NCBI GenBank assembly: GCA_003550625.1
Contig: PUKU01000032.1
Coordinates: forward strand, 1 to 35,150
From: Candidatus Aenigmatarchaeota archaeon
Lineage (GTDB): Archaea; Aenigmatarchaeota; Aenigmatarchaeia; PWEA01
Direction of reading: 5' to 3'
DNA length: 35,150 bases
The notes under the pieces were generated by a model, which was not told where the DNA came from, did no database searches, and was given only the letters and a program-made list of their open reading frames with translations. The translations under genes were made by a program, and so were the position numbers. Position 1 is the first letter of the stretch, and each line of letters begins with the position of its first letter. This document shows, piece by piece, positions 9,881-18,624 of the stretch.

Positions 9881-9896
9881 AGTATCCGCAGAAATA

Positions 9897-10529
9897 TCAG
9901 TTAAGGTTTTTCTCGAGGAACTTCTTCATCCCTTTTCTGTCCTTGTTTTCCTGCTCTATCTCAAGAAGCAGTTCAAAGTCCGGGTCGTCCATCTCCTCTA
10001 TCCTTTCCTTTGCATCGGATATACTTCCGCCCAGAACGTCCTCATACATCTCCCTGTCCTCCTCTCCTTCATCTCCATGGGACTGTGACTCGTGTATAGA
10101 AAGTCCTCGCTTTGTTTCAAAGCTCTTTCCGCATTCATCACACACATAACCTTCTTCCTCATCGGGTTCTTCTTCATCTGGTTTCTCATCCTTACCGTGT
10201 GCCCTTGATATATGAACCTCCAGTCCCTTCTCGGTCGCGAACTTCTTCCCACACTCTTCACAGAGGAACTCCTTCTCGGAAACGGTTTCCTTCTCAGGGG
10301 ACTGGACAATTACGTAATCACCGGCATCAACTATTCTAACCCTCACGGAGGAAGGTGGCTTCTTTGCACCTCTCTCCCATATCCTGTCGTTGATGCTCTG
10401 GTCTATCTTTACGGTCTTATCAGTACGTTTCTTGACAAACCTTCTCACTTCACGCACAGCCCTGGCTTCCCGTTTTCTTCTCACGACCTTCTTTACATCC
10501 AGGGGAATAGAAAATACGTTCTCATCCAT
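9897..10529 (-). CDS. rpl31e: 50S ribosomal protein L31e fused to two C2H2 zinc fingers and an acidic helical tail
   Basis: aa1-78 L31e (FSIPL, RAVREVRRF, INDRIWERGAKKPPSSVRVR). aa88-111 and 128-151 match [FY]xCx2Cx3Fx5Lx2Hx4H. Located between L39e and aIF6. Confidence 0.9.
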   Translation of the reverse strand: MDENVFSIPLDVKKVVRRKREARAVREVRRFVKKRTDKTVKIDQSINDRIWERGAKKPPSSVRVRIVDAGDYVIVQSPEKETVSEKEFLCEECGKKFATEKGLEVHISRAHGKDEKPDEEEPDEEEGYVCDECGKSFETKRGLSIHESQSHGDEGEEDREMYEDVLGGSISDAKERIEEMDDPDFELLLEIEQENKDRKGMKKFLEKNLN

Positions 10530-10534
10530 CTAAA

Positions 10535-10690
10535 TCAGTCTCTCCAGTGTCTGTTCTTGTTGACCCTTATACGTCTGGTCCTGCTTCTCTTCATCCCATA
10601 CTTCCGTATGGAAGCCCATATCGGAGCATCGGACAGTCTGTTCTTCTTTATGAGTCTTCTTTTCTTTCCCTTTGTCTTTCTTGAAGCCAT
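10535..10690 (-). CDS. rpl39e: 50S ribosomal protein L39e (not in ORF track)
   Basis: Manual translation MASRKTKGKKRRLIKKNRLSDAPIWASIRKYGMKRSRTRRIRVNKNRHWRD* (51 aa). Shows PxW and RHWR motifs. Directly upstream of L31e. Confidence 0.9.
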   Translation of the reverse strand: MASRKTKGKKRRLIKKNRLSDAPIWASIRKYGMKRSRTRRIRVNKNRHWRD

Positions 10691-10691
10691 A

Positions 10692-11027
10692 CTATCTCCT
10701 CTTTATATTCCAGTCCCTTTCCTGTTCGTTTTTTATAGACTTTAGTATGCTTTTGAGCTTATCGCCGTCTATCTTATCCCTCAGCTGACCGGACTGACTT
10801 AGCTGTATAAGATATGTTTCGAGCTGCTGTGCCATCTGTCTGTTTGCAAGCTTGACCCTGCTCAGTCTCTCCCTCGCGTCCTTGGTAAGCACCTTCCGGA
10901 GGGCCTGTTTCCTTCTTCTTTCGAGCTCCTCCTCCATCTCCCTTTCCCTGCTACTATTATCTTTATTTTCCTGTAGCTCCCTTTTCTTCTGCTCCTTTAT
11001 CCTTTCTATTTCTTCTCTATCCATCAT
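10692..11027 (-). CDS. PDCD5/TFAR19-like dsDNA-binding protein
   Basis: LRKVLTKDARERLSRVKLA...LIQL..SGQ...I...LK.IL.....WNIKRR. Canonical position after S19e. Confidence 0.92.
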   Translation of the reverse strand: MMDREEIERIKEQKKRELQENKDNSSREREMEEELERRRKQALRKVLTKDARERLSRVKLANRQMAQQLETYLIQLSQSGQLRDKIDGDKLKSILKSIKNEQERDWNIKRR

Positions 11028-11445
11028 ATCCTTCCCTGACCTTTTTCGATATATTGTCCAGGAAGGACCGTCCTTCGGAAGTTACTTTCCTGCCCTCGCC
11101 TTTCTCCTTTCCTATAAACCCTGCGTCCTCGAGCTGCTGCAAAGCCACTCTTATTATCTTACCGCTGGCGGGGCGTGAGTGGTCGGGTGCGTGTCCCATG
11201 TCCTTCCTGTCGCTGTATTCTCTTCTCAACCTGTTGACCCCAACCGGTCCGTCTATGTATACCTTCCTCAGAAGAGAGGCACACCTCATATACCACCAGT
11301 CTTCCTGCTCTGGTGGTCTCTCCTTAGCTGAGGATGTCTTAACAAAGAGACTCCAATCGGGTTGATCTATTTCTTCTGTTTCCTTGAGTTCCTCTGCCAC
11401 AGCCTGTATGAGCTGGTTGGGTCTCACATCGTAAACTGTTACCAT
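11017..11445 (-). CDS. rps19e: 30S ribosomal protein S19e
   Basis: MVTVYDV, PDWSLFVKT..KERPP..DWWYMRCASLLRKVY, SGKIIR..LQQLE, GRSFLD. Confidence 0.97.
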   Translation of the reverse strand: MVTVYDVRPNQLIQAVAEELKETEEIDQPDWSLFVKTSSAKERPPEQEDWWYMRCASLLRKVYIDGPVGVNRLRREYSDRKDMGHAPDHSRPASGKIIRVALQQLEDAGFIGKEKGEGRKVTSEGRSFLDNISKKVREGYDG

Positions 11446-11492
11446 ATCAATCCACTGACTTTAATACAACGTTAAGGTTTTTAAAGGTTAAG

Positions 11493-11795
11493 CTATCCCT
11501 TGTACTGATACCTTTTTATATGTCCACACTCCAGGCACTTCCACTTCGAAATTTTTTCGTCGCTGTCAAGCTCCACATCGCAGTTAGCACCGGGTTTAAT
11601 ATAGCTCTTGCATTCCCCACAGAAACTTTTTTTGTGCTTTTTCGGAATCTTTATACGATAACGCATGGCTATCTTCCTGGCCAGTTCAACGTACCTATCG
11701 GCTCTTTTTTTGTTCTCGGGAAAAGCCTTCCCGGCCTCTTCGAAAAGTATCTCTACCCTCTCCTTAGCTATCTTTTTCTGCCACTTGGGTTTCAT
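11493..11795 (-). CDS. rnp4: RNase P protein subunit Rpp21
   Basis: IAKERVEILF, ADRYVELARKIAM, CGEC...CLECG zinc ribbon. ATG 11795 follows AAGGTGG SD (track start GTG 11804). Confidence 0.93.
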   Translation of the reverse strand: MKPKWQKKIAKERVEILFEEAGKAFPENKKRADRYVELARKIAMRYRIKIPKKHKKSFCGECKSYIKPGANCDVELDSDEKISKWKCLECGHIKRYQYKG

Positions 11796-11871
11796 GTAGT
11801 CCACCTTTCCTTCTCAATATTTATATAATCCGACGGATTTTTTATTAAAGTGGAGTAGGAATAATTGAAAC

Positions 11872-14454
11872 ATGACAAAGGGACTTTCCTCTGAAGAGGC
11901 CAGCAAGAAACTGGAGGAACACAGACCAAATGAGTTGAGGAAGGAGGGAGGAACAACAGCACTTGATATACTGCTGAGGCGGTTCAAGAATGTCCTTATG
12001 TGGATACTTATCGTAGCAGCTACGATCTCTTTCTTCGCAGATAAGATGCTTACATTCTACTTTGTTCTAGTTATAATCCTTATAATAGTTGTAACGGGCT
12101 TTGTGGAGGAGTGGAAGGCCGAAAAGGCCATGGAGAAGCTTAAAGAGATGGCATCACCCGAAACAAAGGTCTACAGAGACGGGAAGATAGTGGAAATAGA
12201 GACCAAGAACGTGGTGCCCGGTGATGTTCTGAAACTTGAGACGGGCGACAAAATACCTGCGGACGCGGAGCTCCTGGAAGTCACCAACCTCAAGGTGGAT
12301 GAGTCGATACTGACAGGAGAAAGCGCGACCGTGGAGAAGAAGGCGGGGGATAAAATTTACTCAGGGACCGTCATATCCCACGGAAGATGTGAAGCAATAG
12401 TAACGGCGACGGGTATGGACACAGATCTCGGTGAGATAGCCGAAGAGGTACAAGGAGAGGAAAGAGAAAGTCCGCTTCAAAGAAAGGTACAGATACTCGG
12501 AAAGAGACTGGGCATAATAGCCGTGATTTTGACCTTTCTGATATTTCTGGTAGGGTTTTTCCAGGGTGCTCCACCGGTTGAAATCCTCATGGTAACCCTT
12601 GCACTATCAGTTGCTGCGGTTCCTGAGGCACTTCCACTCACCATGACTCTCACACTATCACTGGGTGTGAAAAACATGGCAGAAAGAAATGCCATCGTAC
12701 GAAAAATGCTTGCGGTTGAAGGCCTGGGTTCCACTACTATAATATGCACCGACAAGACCGGAACGCTAACAAAGAATGAGATGACCGTGAAGAAGGTCTA
12801 CGTCGACGGGAAAGTCCTGGAGGTAGAGGGGAGAGGATACGAACCCGAAGGTAAAATAAAACACATGGAAAAGGAGGTGGATGTAAACGAAAACACGGCC
12901 CTGGACTGGCTTGTGAAGACGGGGGCTTTATGTAATAACGCAGAGGTTGATTTCGATAACAGTGTCGATATTCACGGAGAACCCACAGAAGCTTCCCTTG
13001 CCACTCTGGCCGAAAAGTCGGGTCTTTCCTACAATGGTCTAAGAGATAAACACCCAAGGAAGAAGGAGATTCTTTTCACCTCGAAAAGAAAGATGATGAC
13101 CACAGTCAATGAAATGGAGGACGGCAACCTTTACGCTTTCATGAAGGGCGCCCCGGAGGTAGTTTTGGAAAGATGCAGCCATATATTCGAGGAAGGAAAA
13201 GAGGAAGAGCTTACCGATAAAAGAAAGGAAGAGCTTTTGCAGAGGAACAATGAGTTTGCTGGAGATGCACTTAGGGTCCTCGGCTTTGCCTACAGAAGAG
13301 GAATTTCTGATGGAACTGATGACGATAGTATAGAAAGAGAGATGGTCTTTGTGGGCTTTGTTGGTATGTTGGACCCGCCAAGGGAAGGGGTAAAGGAGGC
13401 CGTGCGGATATGCGAAGAGGCTGGAATAGAGGTAAATATGGTTACAGGGGACAACAAAGAAACGGCGCGGGCAATAGCTGAGGAAATAAATCTCACGGAA
13501 AATCCTAGAGTAATCACGGCCAAAGAAATGGACGATATGGATAACGATGAACTGCGTGAAACGATAAAGAACGTTCACATCTTCGCCAGGACCCGTCCTG
13601 AGGACAAGCTACGTATAGTGGAGATCCTCCAGGAACACGGTGAGATAGTCGCCATGACAGGAGACGGTGTAAACGATGCACCGGCAGTGAAGAAGGCGGA
13701 TGTGGGCATAGGAATGGGAGAAAAAGGGACTGATGTAACAAAGGAGGCCAGCGATATAATCCTGAAGGACGACAACTTCAGTACGATAGTAGCCGCAATC
13801 AAAAATGGTCGACGTATATATAACAACATAGAGAAGTTTACCACCTACCTTGTTTCGATGAACTTCACTCAGATATTTTTAATAGCCATGGCCATAATAT
13901 TCCTGGGTTTTGAACTTCTGCCGCTGATAGCATTGCAGATATTATTCCTTAATGTCATAGAAGAAGAGTTTCCTGCTCTGGCACTGGGCGTGGACCCTAC
14001 CACGAGTGGTATAATGAAAAACAGTCCAAGGGATCCCAAACAAAGGTTCCTACATAAAAGGAACCTGTTCCTGATAGTGTCCATGGGCCTTTTTGTGGGA
14101 CTTATGTGCTTCATGGTATTTCTTCGAAATAGCCCCACTGAAACGCTCGATTCCGCAAGGACCATGGTCTTCACAACCTTTGCACTGATGGTAGTCATGG
14201 TGTCTTTCAACTACCGCTCACTTGAAAAATCCATATTTGAAATAGATCTCCTTCGTAACAGGTGGATGTTAGTTGCGGCTACAACCGCCGTTTTACTTGT
14301 ATTGGTCGCAGTGTACTTACCCACATTGCAAGGTGTATTTGGACATATTCCACCGGAACTGCATCAGTGGATTTATGCGATAGGAGGGGGTGTTTCAACA
14401 GTATTTTTCTTTGAGTTGATGAAGAAGATAAGCAAGTGCATATCAAAGGAATGA
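11872..14454 (+). CDS. Cation-translocating P-type ATPase, type IIA-like
   Basis: TGES, VAAVPEALP, DKTGTLT, KGAPE, DPPR, MVTGDN, GDGVND motifs and a multi-pass hydrophobic C-terminus. Confidence 0.94.
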   Translation: MTKGLSSEEASKKLEEHRPNELRKEGGTTALDILLRRFKNVLMWILIVAATISFFADKMLTFYFVLVIILIIVVTGFVEEWKAEKAMEKLKEMASPETKVYRDGKIVEIETKNVVPGDVLKLETGDKIPADAELLEVTNLKVDESILTGESATVEKKAGDKIYSGTVISHGRCEAIVTATGMDTDLGEIAEEVQGEERESPLQRKVQILGKRLGIIAVILTFLIFLVGFFQGAPPVEILMVTLALSVAAVPEALPLTMTLTLSLGVKNMAERNAIVRKMLAVEGLGSTTIICTDKTGTLTKNEMTVKKVYVDGKVLEVEGRGYEPEGKIKHMEKEVDVNENTALDWLVKTGALCNNAEVDFDNSVDIHGEPTEASLATLAEKSGLSYNGLRDKHPRKKEILFTSKRKMMTTVNEMEDGNLYAFMKGAPEVVLERCSHIFEEGKEEELTDKRKEELLQRNNEFAGDALRVLGFAYRRGISDGTDDDSIEREMVFVGFVGMLDPPREGVKEAVRICEEAGIEVNMVTGDNKETARAIAEEINLTENPRVITAKEMDDMDNDELRETIKNVHIFARTRPEDKLRIVEILQEHGEIVAMTGDGVNDAPAVKKADVGIGMGEKGTDVTKEASDIILKDDNFSTIVAAIKNGRRIYNNIEKFTTYLVSMNFTQIFLIAMAIIFLGFELLPLIALQILFLNVIEEEFPALALGVDPTTSGIMKNSPRDPKQRFLHKRNLFLIVSMGLFVGLMCFMVFLRNSPTETLDSARTMVFTTFALMVVMVSFNYRSLEKSIFEIDLLRNRWMLVAATTAVLLVLVAVYLPTLQGVFGHIPPELHQWIYAIGGGVSTVFFFELMKKISKCISKE

Positions 14455-14458
14455 AAGA

Positions 14459-14574
14459 TGCGGCCGCCGGGATTTGAACCCGGACAGCGAGCTGGCTCCG
14501 GACTGTGCACCCGAAAAATATTTACCGGACGCACCCATGGAAGGCTCGAGTCCTAGCCGTTAGACCACGGCCGC
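14459..14574 (-). tRNA. tRNA-Gly(TCC) with a 44-nt intron at 37/38 (14494-14537)
   Basis: Acceptor GCGGCCG/CGGCCGC plus A73, D stem GTCT/GGAC, anticodon stem CGAGC/GCTCG, T arm CCGGG-TTCAAAT-CCCGG. BHB: CTTC/GGAG helix with CA^T and CC^A bulges. Mature length 72 nt; CCA not encoded. Confidence 0.95.
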
Positions 14575-14614
14575 ATGGATAATGGCGTGGAAGTCGGTCC
14601 ACGTACGTTTTTTT

Positions 14615-15205
14615 TCAGTAGCCTCCTCTCTTCATCCTCTTCCATTGATCAGCAGCACTTTTATTTCTTTCGTCTTCCTCCTCCAGTTCCTCGTCTTCTG
14701 TTTCCTCCTTCTCCTCTTCTTCCTTTGCTATACGTGGCCTCTGTTTGGGAGGCTTGCCAGAACCCACGTCGGCGCTGTTCATTAGGTTCTGAACTTCCTG
14801 GAATAAGTCCTCATCCTGTAGCTCCTCCCTTTTTGGGAAGATCGCGCCGGTCGGTGTTCCTGCATTTTCATCCTCTTTAAAGCGTGGGAAAATCTGTATG
14901 TATGCATGGGGAACCATCTGCCCTCCTGCTTCTTTGATGTTCATAGTAACGGAAACACCGTCTGCCTCCAGTCCCTCCGTGATCCTCCGGACAGTTTTCC
15001 TCAACAGGGCCATTGCTTCATTCCACTCTTCTTCTGTAAGCTCCAACAAGCTCTCCCTGTGCTCCTTGGGAACTATGTTGGTCTGACCCTTGGCCCTGGG
15101 TTCCGGGTACTCCAGCCAGGCATAGAAGTTTTCCGTTTCTCCAACTACCCAGAGGTCATCCGGCTTATTGTTTATGAAATGGCAAAAGGGACACTGCTGA
15201 GGCAT
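14615..15205 (-). CDS. HIT-superfamily protein with degenerate triad (HxYxQ) and acidic tail
   Basis: CPFC, PKEH and AGGQMVPHAYIQIFPRF align with the HIT consensus GQxVxHxHxHxxPR. Confidence 0.88.
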   Translation of the reverse strand: MPQQCPFCHFINNKPDDLWVVGETENFYAWLEYPEPRAKGQTNIVPKEHRESLLELTEEEWNEAMALLRKTVRRITEGLEADGVSVTMNIKEAGGQMVPHAYIQIFPRFKEDENAGTPTGAIFPKREELQDEDLFQEVQNLMNSADVGSGKPPKQRPRIAKEEEEKEETEDEELEEEDERNKSAADQWKRMKRGGY

Positions 15206-15274
15206 AATACCATATTTAAATAGAAGCTAATTAAAGTTATGGATTAAGGAGCCTGAGCACCCCCGTCTGATAAA

Positions 15275-16972
15275 ATGTTCGACATAGCCGTAACTGAAGG
15301 TCTGTTTGTAACATGGGACTTTGTGTTGTTGATTACGGTCGCGACTGTTCTGGGTTACATAGCACACAAGACATACCAGCCCAATCTAATAGCATACCTT
15401 GTAACCGGACTGGTTCTGGGTCCTGTCTTTCTCAACATAGTCCAGGAAACAGCCCTCCTTGAGCTCATGTCGGAGCTGGGACTGGCGTTCCTGCTGTTTC
15501 TTCTGGGACTACAGCTCAAGTTCGACGCCATAAGGAATATACTCAAGCCTATACTGAAGATTTCCTTCTGGCAGACCGTTTTACAAACGTCACTTGCGTT
15601 TGTGATATACTACTTCCTTGGTTTCGGGATGGTTGAAGTTATCGTCATGGCACTATGTACAGTGTTCGGTGCCACGCCCGTTATCGTTAAACTGTTGGAT
15701 GAGAAGGACGAGATAAACTCGCTTCCCGGTAAGATAGACGTGGGTGTGCTCATAGTACAGGACATAATACTAGTTGTCTATCTGACACTGTTCAGCGCAC
15801 CCGACTTAACAAATCCCGTACCAATAGCCATCAACTTCTTCCAGGTAATGGGCGTGATGGTTGTTCTAGGGTTGTTTTCCTATGCGGTTTCAAGGTGGGT
15901 AGTACCAAAGGTAGTGAAGGAGGTTGGCAAAAACAAACATCTTCTTTTCATAAACGGCGCGGCATGGGCCTTTCTGTTCATCGCGGTGTCCCTGGCACTT
16001 GACGTACCGGTGGAAGTCGGTGCCTTCATAGCGGGCCTTGGTCTTGCACAGAGTCCCTACAGCGACGAACTAAAGCAGCAGGTCAAACCAATAACCGACT
16101 TCTTTATGATGGTTTTCTTCGCCACGATAGGACTCGGTCTTGCGCCCGAATACCTAACGGTCTACTGGAAGGAAGCCGTAGTAGCTTCAACCCTCCTTAT
16201 GGTAGGTAACTTCCTAATAATGTTATATCTCATAGACAGGGAGAAGTTCAGCCTTGAGACGTCCTTCCTTGGAAGTATAAACATGGTCCAGGTAAGTGAG
16301 TTCTCTCTTGTAGTAGGTGCCCTTGCAGTAAGTAGAGGGTTGGTTGGAAATGAAATTCTGGGATATCTTAGCCTAATGGCAATAATGACCATGGGACTGT
16401 CGGCGTACATAATAAAGTACAACCACTGGATCTACGACCACGTAAAACATCTCTTTGAGTTCATGGAGTCGGAAGAGAAGGGCGACTTTGACATAAAAAC
16501 ACTGAACAACCATGCTATCGTAGTAGGTTACAATGAGATAACACGGCGGCTGATTCCTGTGTTGAAGGAAAAGTATGAGGATATCGTCGTCATAGACAAG
16601 GATCCAAAGTATGTTGAAATGTTAAAGGAGTCCGGTGCAGAGTTCGTCTTTGGTGATCTGAAACACGAGGAAATGAGAAGATCCATAGGCCTGAAAAGGG
16701 CCGATATAATAATCAGCATGGCCATGGACAGTGCCGTCAACAGGAGGATACTGGGTGATAAGAAGGAAGGTGCTGTAACCTTCCTCAGGGCAAAGGACAG
16801 AGATGATGCAGCAGGAGTTTACGATATGGGCGCAGACTTTGCCATAATAAAAAGGATGCTATCGGCGGAAAAGATGACCGAGTACATAGAGTCGTTCTTG
16901 GAAGACCCCGAGCTCTTCGAAAAAGCTGTGGAAGGTGACAAACAGATAATAGACTGGGAGGCTAGACTATGA
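15275..16972 (+). CDS. CPA2/Kef-type cation:proton antiporter with C-terminal RCK (TrkA-N) domain
   Basis: ELGLAFLLFLLGL, GVLIVQD, GAFIAGL, FFATIG, QVSEFS; C-terminal HAIVVGY...VIDKDP...FGD. Confidence 0.9.
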   Translation: MFDIAVTEGLFVTWDFVLLITVATVLGYIAHKTYQPNLIAYLVTGLVLGPVFLNIVQETALLELMSELGLAFLLFLLGLQLKFDAIRNILKPILKISFWQTVLQTSLAFVIYYFLGFGMVEVIVMALCTVFGATPVIVKLLDEKDEINSLPGKIDVGVLIVQDIILVVYLTLFSAPDLTNPVPIAINFFQVMGVMVVLGLFSYAVSRWVVPKVVKEVGKNKHLLFINGAAWAFLFIAVSLALDVPVEVGAFIAGLGLAQSPYSDELKQQVKPITDFFMMVFFATIGLGLAPEYLTVYWKEAVVASTLLMVGNFLIMLYLIDREKFSLETSFLGSINMVQVSEFSLVVGALAVSRGLVGNEILGYLSLMAIMTMGLSAYIIKYNHWIYDHVKHLFEFMESEEKGDFDIKTLNNHAIVVGYNEITRRLIPVLKEKYEDIVVIDKDPKYVEMLKESGAEFVFGDLKHEEMRRSIGLKRADIIISMAMDSAVNRRILGDKKEGAVTFLRAKDRDDAAGVYDMGADFAIIKRMLSAEKMTEYIESFLEDPELFEKAVEGDKQIIDWEARL

Positions 16973-18603
16973 TAGGAGTTATATACACGTTTGCGGCGGT
17001 TTTCGTACTTTCAGCTTTACTTCTGTTGGTATTCCACAAGGCCTTCAAGGTCACGATCCCTGCCTACATAATAGCAGGCCTTATAGGTGGAATGTTCCTA
17101 TCGGAGGAAGGACTGCTGGAACTACTGCAGTGGGGAATAGCCTTTGTGGTTTTCATATTCGGAGCCAAGCTGGAACCAGATAAACTTAAACACGAAATAG
17201 GAGGAAGTCTCCTCAGCACCGGTGTACATATAACAGGACTGGGGCTGGGCTTCTTCGGTGCCCTGTACTTCGCGGGCTTTGGAACACTCAACTCGATATA
17301 CATAAGCGCCGCCCTGGTCTTTAGTTCATCTCTCACAGGGACGGAGCTATCCGAAAAGTACGCGACCATAGAACTCCTGTACGCGAGGCTGGCCGAGGCA
17401 ACAGACATCATACACGATATACTTGCAATAGTTCTTATCTTGCTGTTAAGCCCCGTCCTGTTTAACGTTGGCGTAGCATACGCGTTGGCCGTTGGTGGAG
17501 GTATGTTTTTATTTTCATTGTTTTTCCGGAGGTTTGTATTTCCATGGCTGTTCGAGATGTCCGGCCATTCCGAAGAGCTTATGCTACTCCTGGGGATATC
17601 CATACTTACAGTAATGATAGCTATCTCACAGTTTGTGGGAATATCTATAGTAGTGGGTGCCTTCTTTGCGGGTCTTGCTTTCTCCAAGTTCCCTTACAAC
17701 ATAGAACTGATAGAAAGCACGGAGTCTTTGAAGGACTTCTTCGCAGCGGTTTTCTTCTTCTCGCTGGGAGCCCTTGTTGTGTTCCCTGATTCCCTTACGT
17801 TGGGAATAGCCCTTCTCATAGTACTCACCGTTATCTTCGTAAAGCCTCTTTTAACTGCCCTTTCGTTGATGCACTATGGTTACAGCAAGAGGACTGCCTA
17901 CAGGTGTGCCCTGACCCTGGACCAGATCAGTGAGTTCGTGCTAATAATAGCCATACAGGCATATCTGATGAGTGCAATATCCACCCCGGTGTTCCAGGGA
18001 ATAATACTTGCCACAACAGTTACGATGATTACAACAACCTTCACAGACAACTACTCACACAGCATACAGAACTGGCTTTCGAAAAATCTTCCCTTCGATA
18101 CGCCGGAAGGCCTCAGGAGGTACAACACACAGATAACCACCGAGCTGGAAAACCATATAATACTGGTGGGCTACGACGTACAGGGAGAGAGGATAGGTGA
18201 ATATCTGAAGGGATGTGACAAAGAGTTTGTGGTAATAGATGTGGATCCCGCGGTCTTCGAGGAGGCCGAGGATCTGAAAAACAGAGTCTTTGGAAGTGCC
18301 ATGGACGATGAGAGCTGGGAAAGTGCCAACTACAAGAAGGCGGACATTATAATATCCACTCCACCACAGAGACATATATCCGAAAAGGTACTATCACTAG
18401 AAACAGACGCGAGGAAGGTCGTACGTTCCAACAGCTTCAAAGCCGCCAACAGCTTTTTGGAAAGAGGAGCTGACTATGTCATGGTACATGATTTACTGGC
18501 ATCCGAACAGCTCGTAGACTACATCGAGGAGGCCATACATGGTGATGAAGAAACTATCAAGAGGCTGAAGAAAAACGCTCTCAAGGAACTCAAGGATGGA
18601 TAA
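16969..18603 (+). CDS. Second CPA2/Kef-type antiporter with RCK domain
   Basis: FSSS, GAFFAGL, LKDFFAAVFFFSLG, QISEF, HIILVGYDVQG. ATGA overlap with the preceding paralog. Confidence 0.88.
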   Translation: MIGVIYTFAAVFVLSALLLLVFHKAFKVTIPAYIIAGLIGGMFLSEEGLLELLQWGIAFVVFIFGAKLEPDKLKHEIGGSLLSTGVHITGLGLGFFGALYFAGFGTLNSIYISAALVFSSSLTGTELSEKYATIELLYARLAEATDIIHDILAIVLILLLSPVLFNVGVAYALAVGGGMFLFSLFFRRFVFPWLFEMSGHSEELMLLLGISILTVMIAISQFVGISIVVGAFFAGLAFSKFPYNIELIESTESLKDFFAAVFFFSLGALVVFPDSLTLGIALLIVLTVIFVKPLLTALSLMHYGYSKRTAYRCALTLDQISEFVLIIAIQAYLMSAISTPVFQGIILATTVTMITTTFTDNYSHSIQNWLSKNLPFDTPEGLRRYNTQITTELENHIILVGYDVQGERIGEYLKGCDKEFVVIDVDPAVFEEAEDLKNRVFGSAMDDESWESANYKKADIIISTPPQRHISEKVLSLETDARKVVRSNSFKAANSFLERGADYVMVHDLLASEQLVDYIEEAIHGDEETIKRLKKNALKELKDG

Positions 18604-18624
18604 CTGCTTTGAATAAGAACTGAA

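Noticed and set aside
9138..10088. Long antisense ORFs (this 316-aa one, also 31193-32044, 17064-17687, 2083-2667 and others)
   Set aside because: They are Ser/Leu/Phe-rich mirror frames of well-supported genes.
14586..14603. Hairpin CGTGGA/TCCACG followed by CCA upstream of tRNA-Gly as a split-tRNA half or att site
   Set aside because: No TTCRA T-loop, no match to either tRNA 3' end, and no integrase nearby. At most a leader hairpin.
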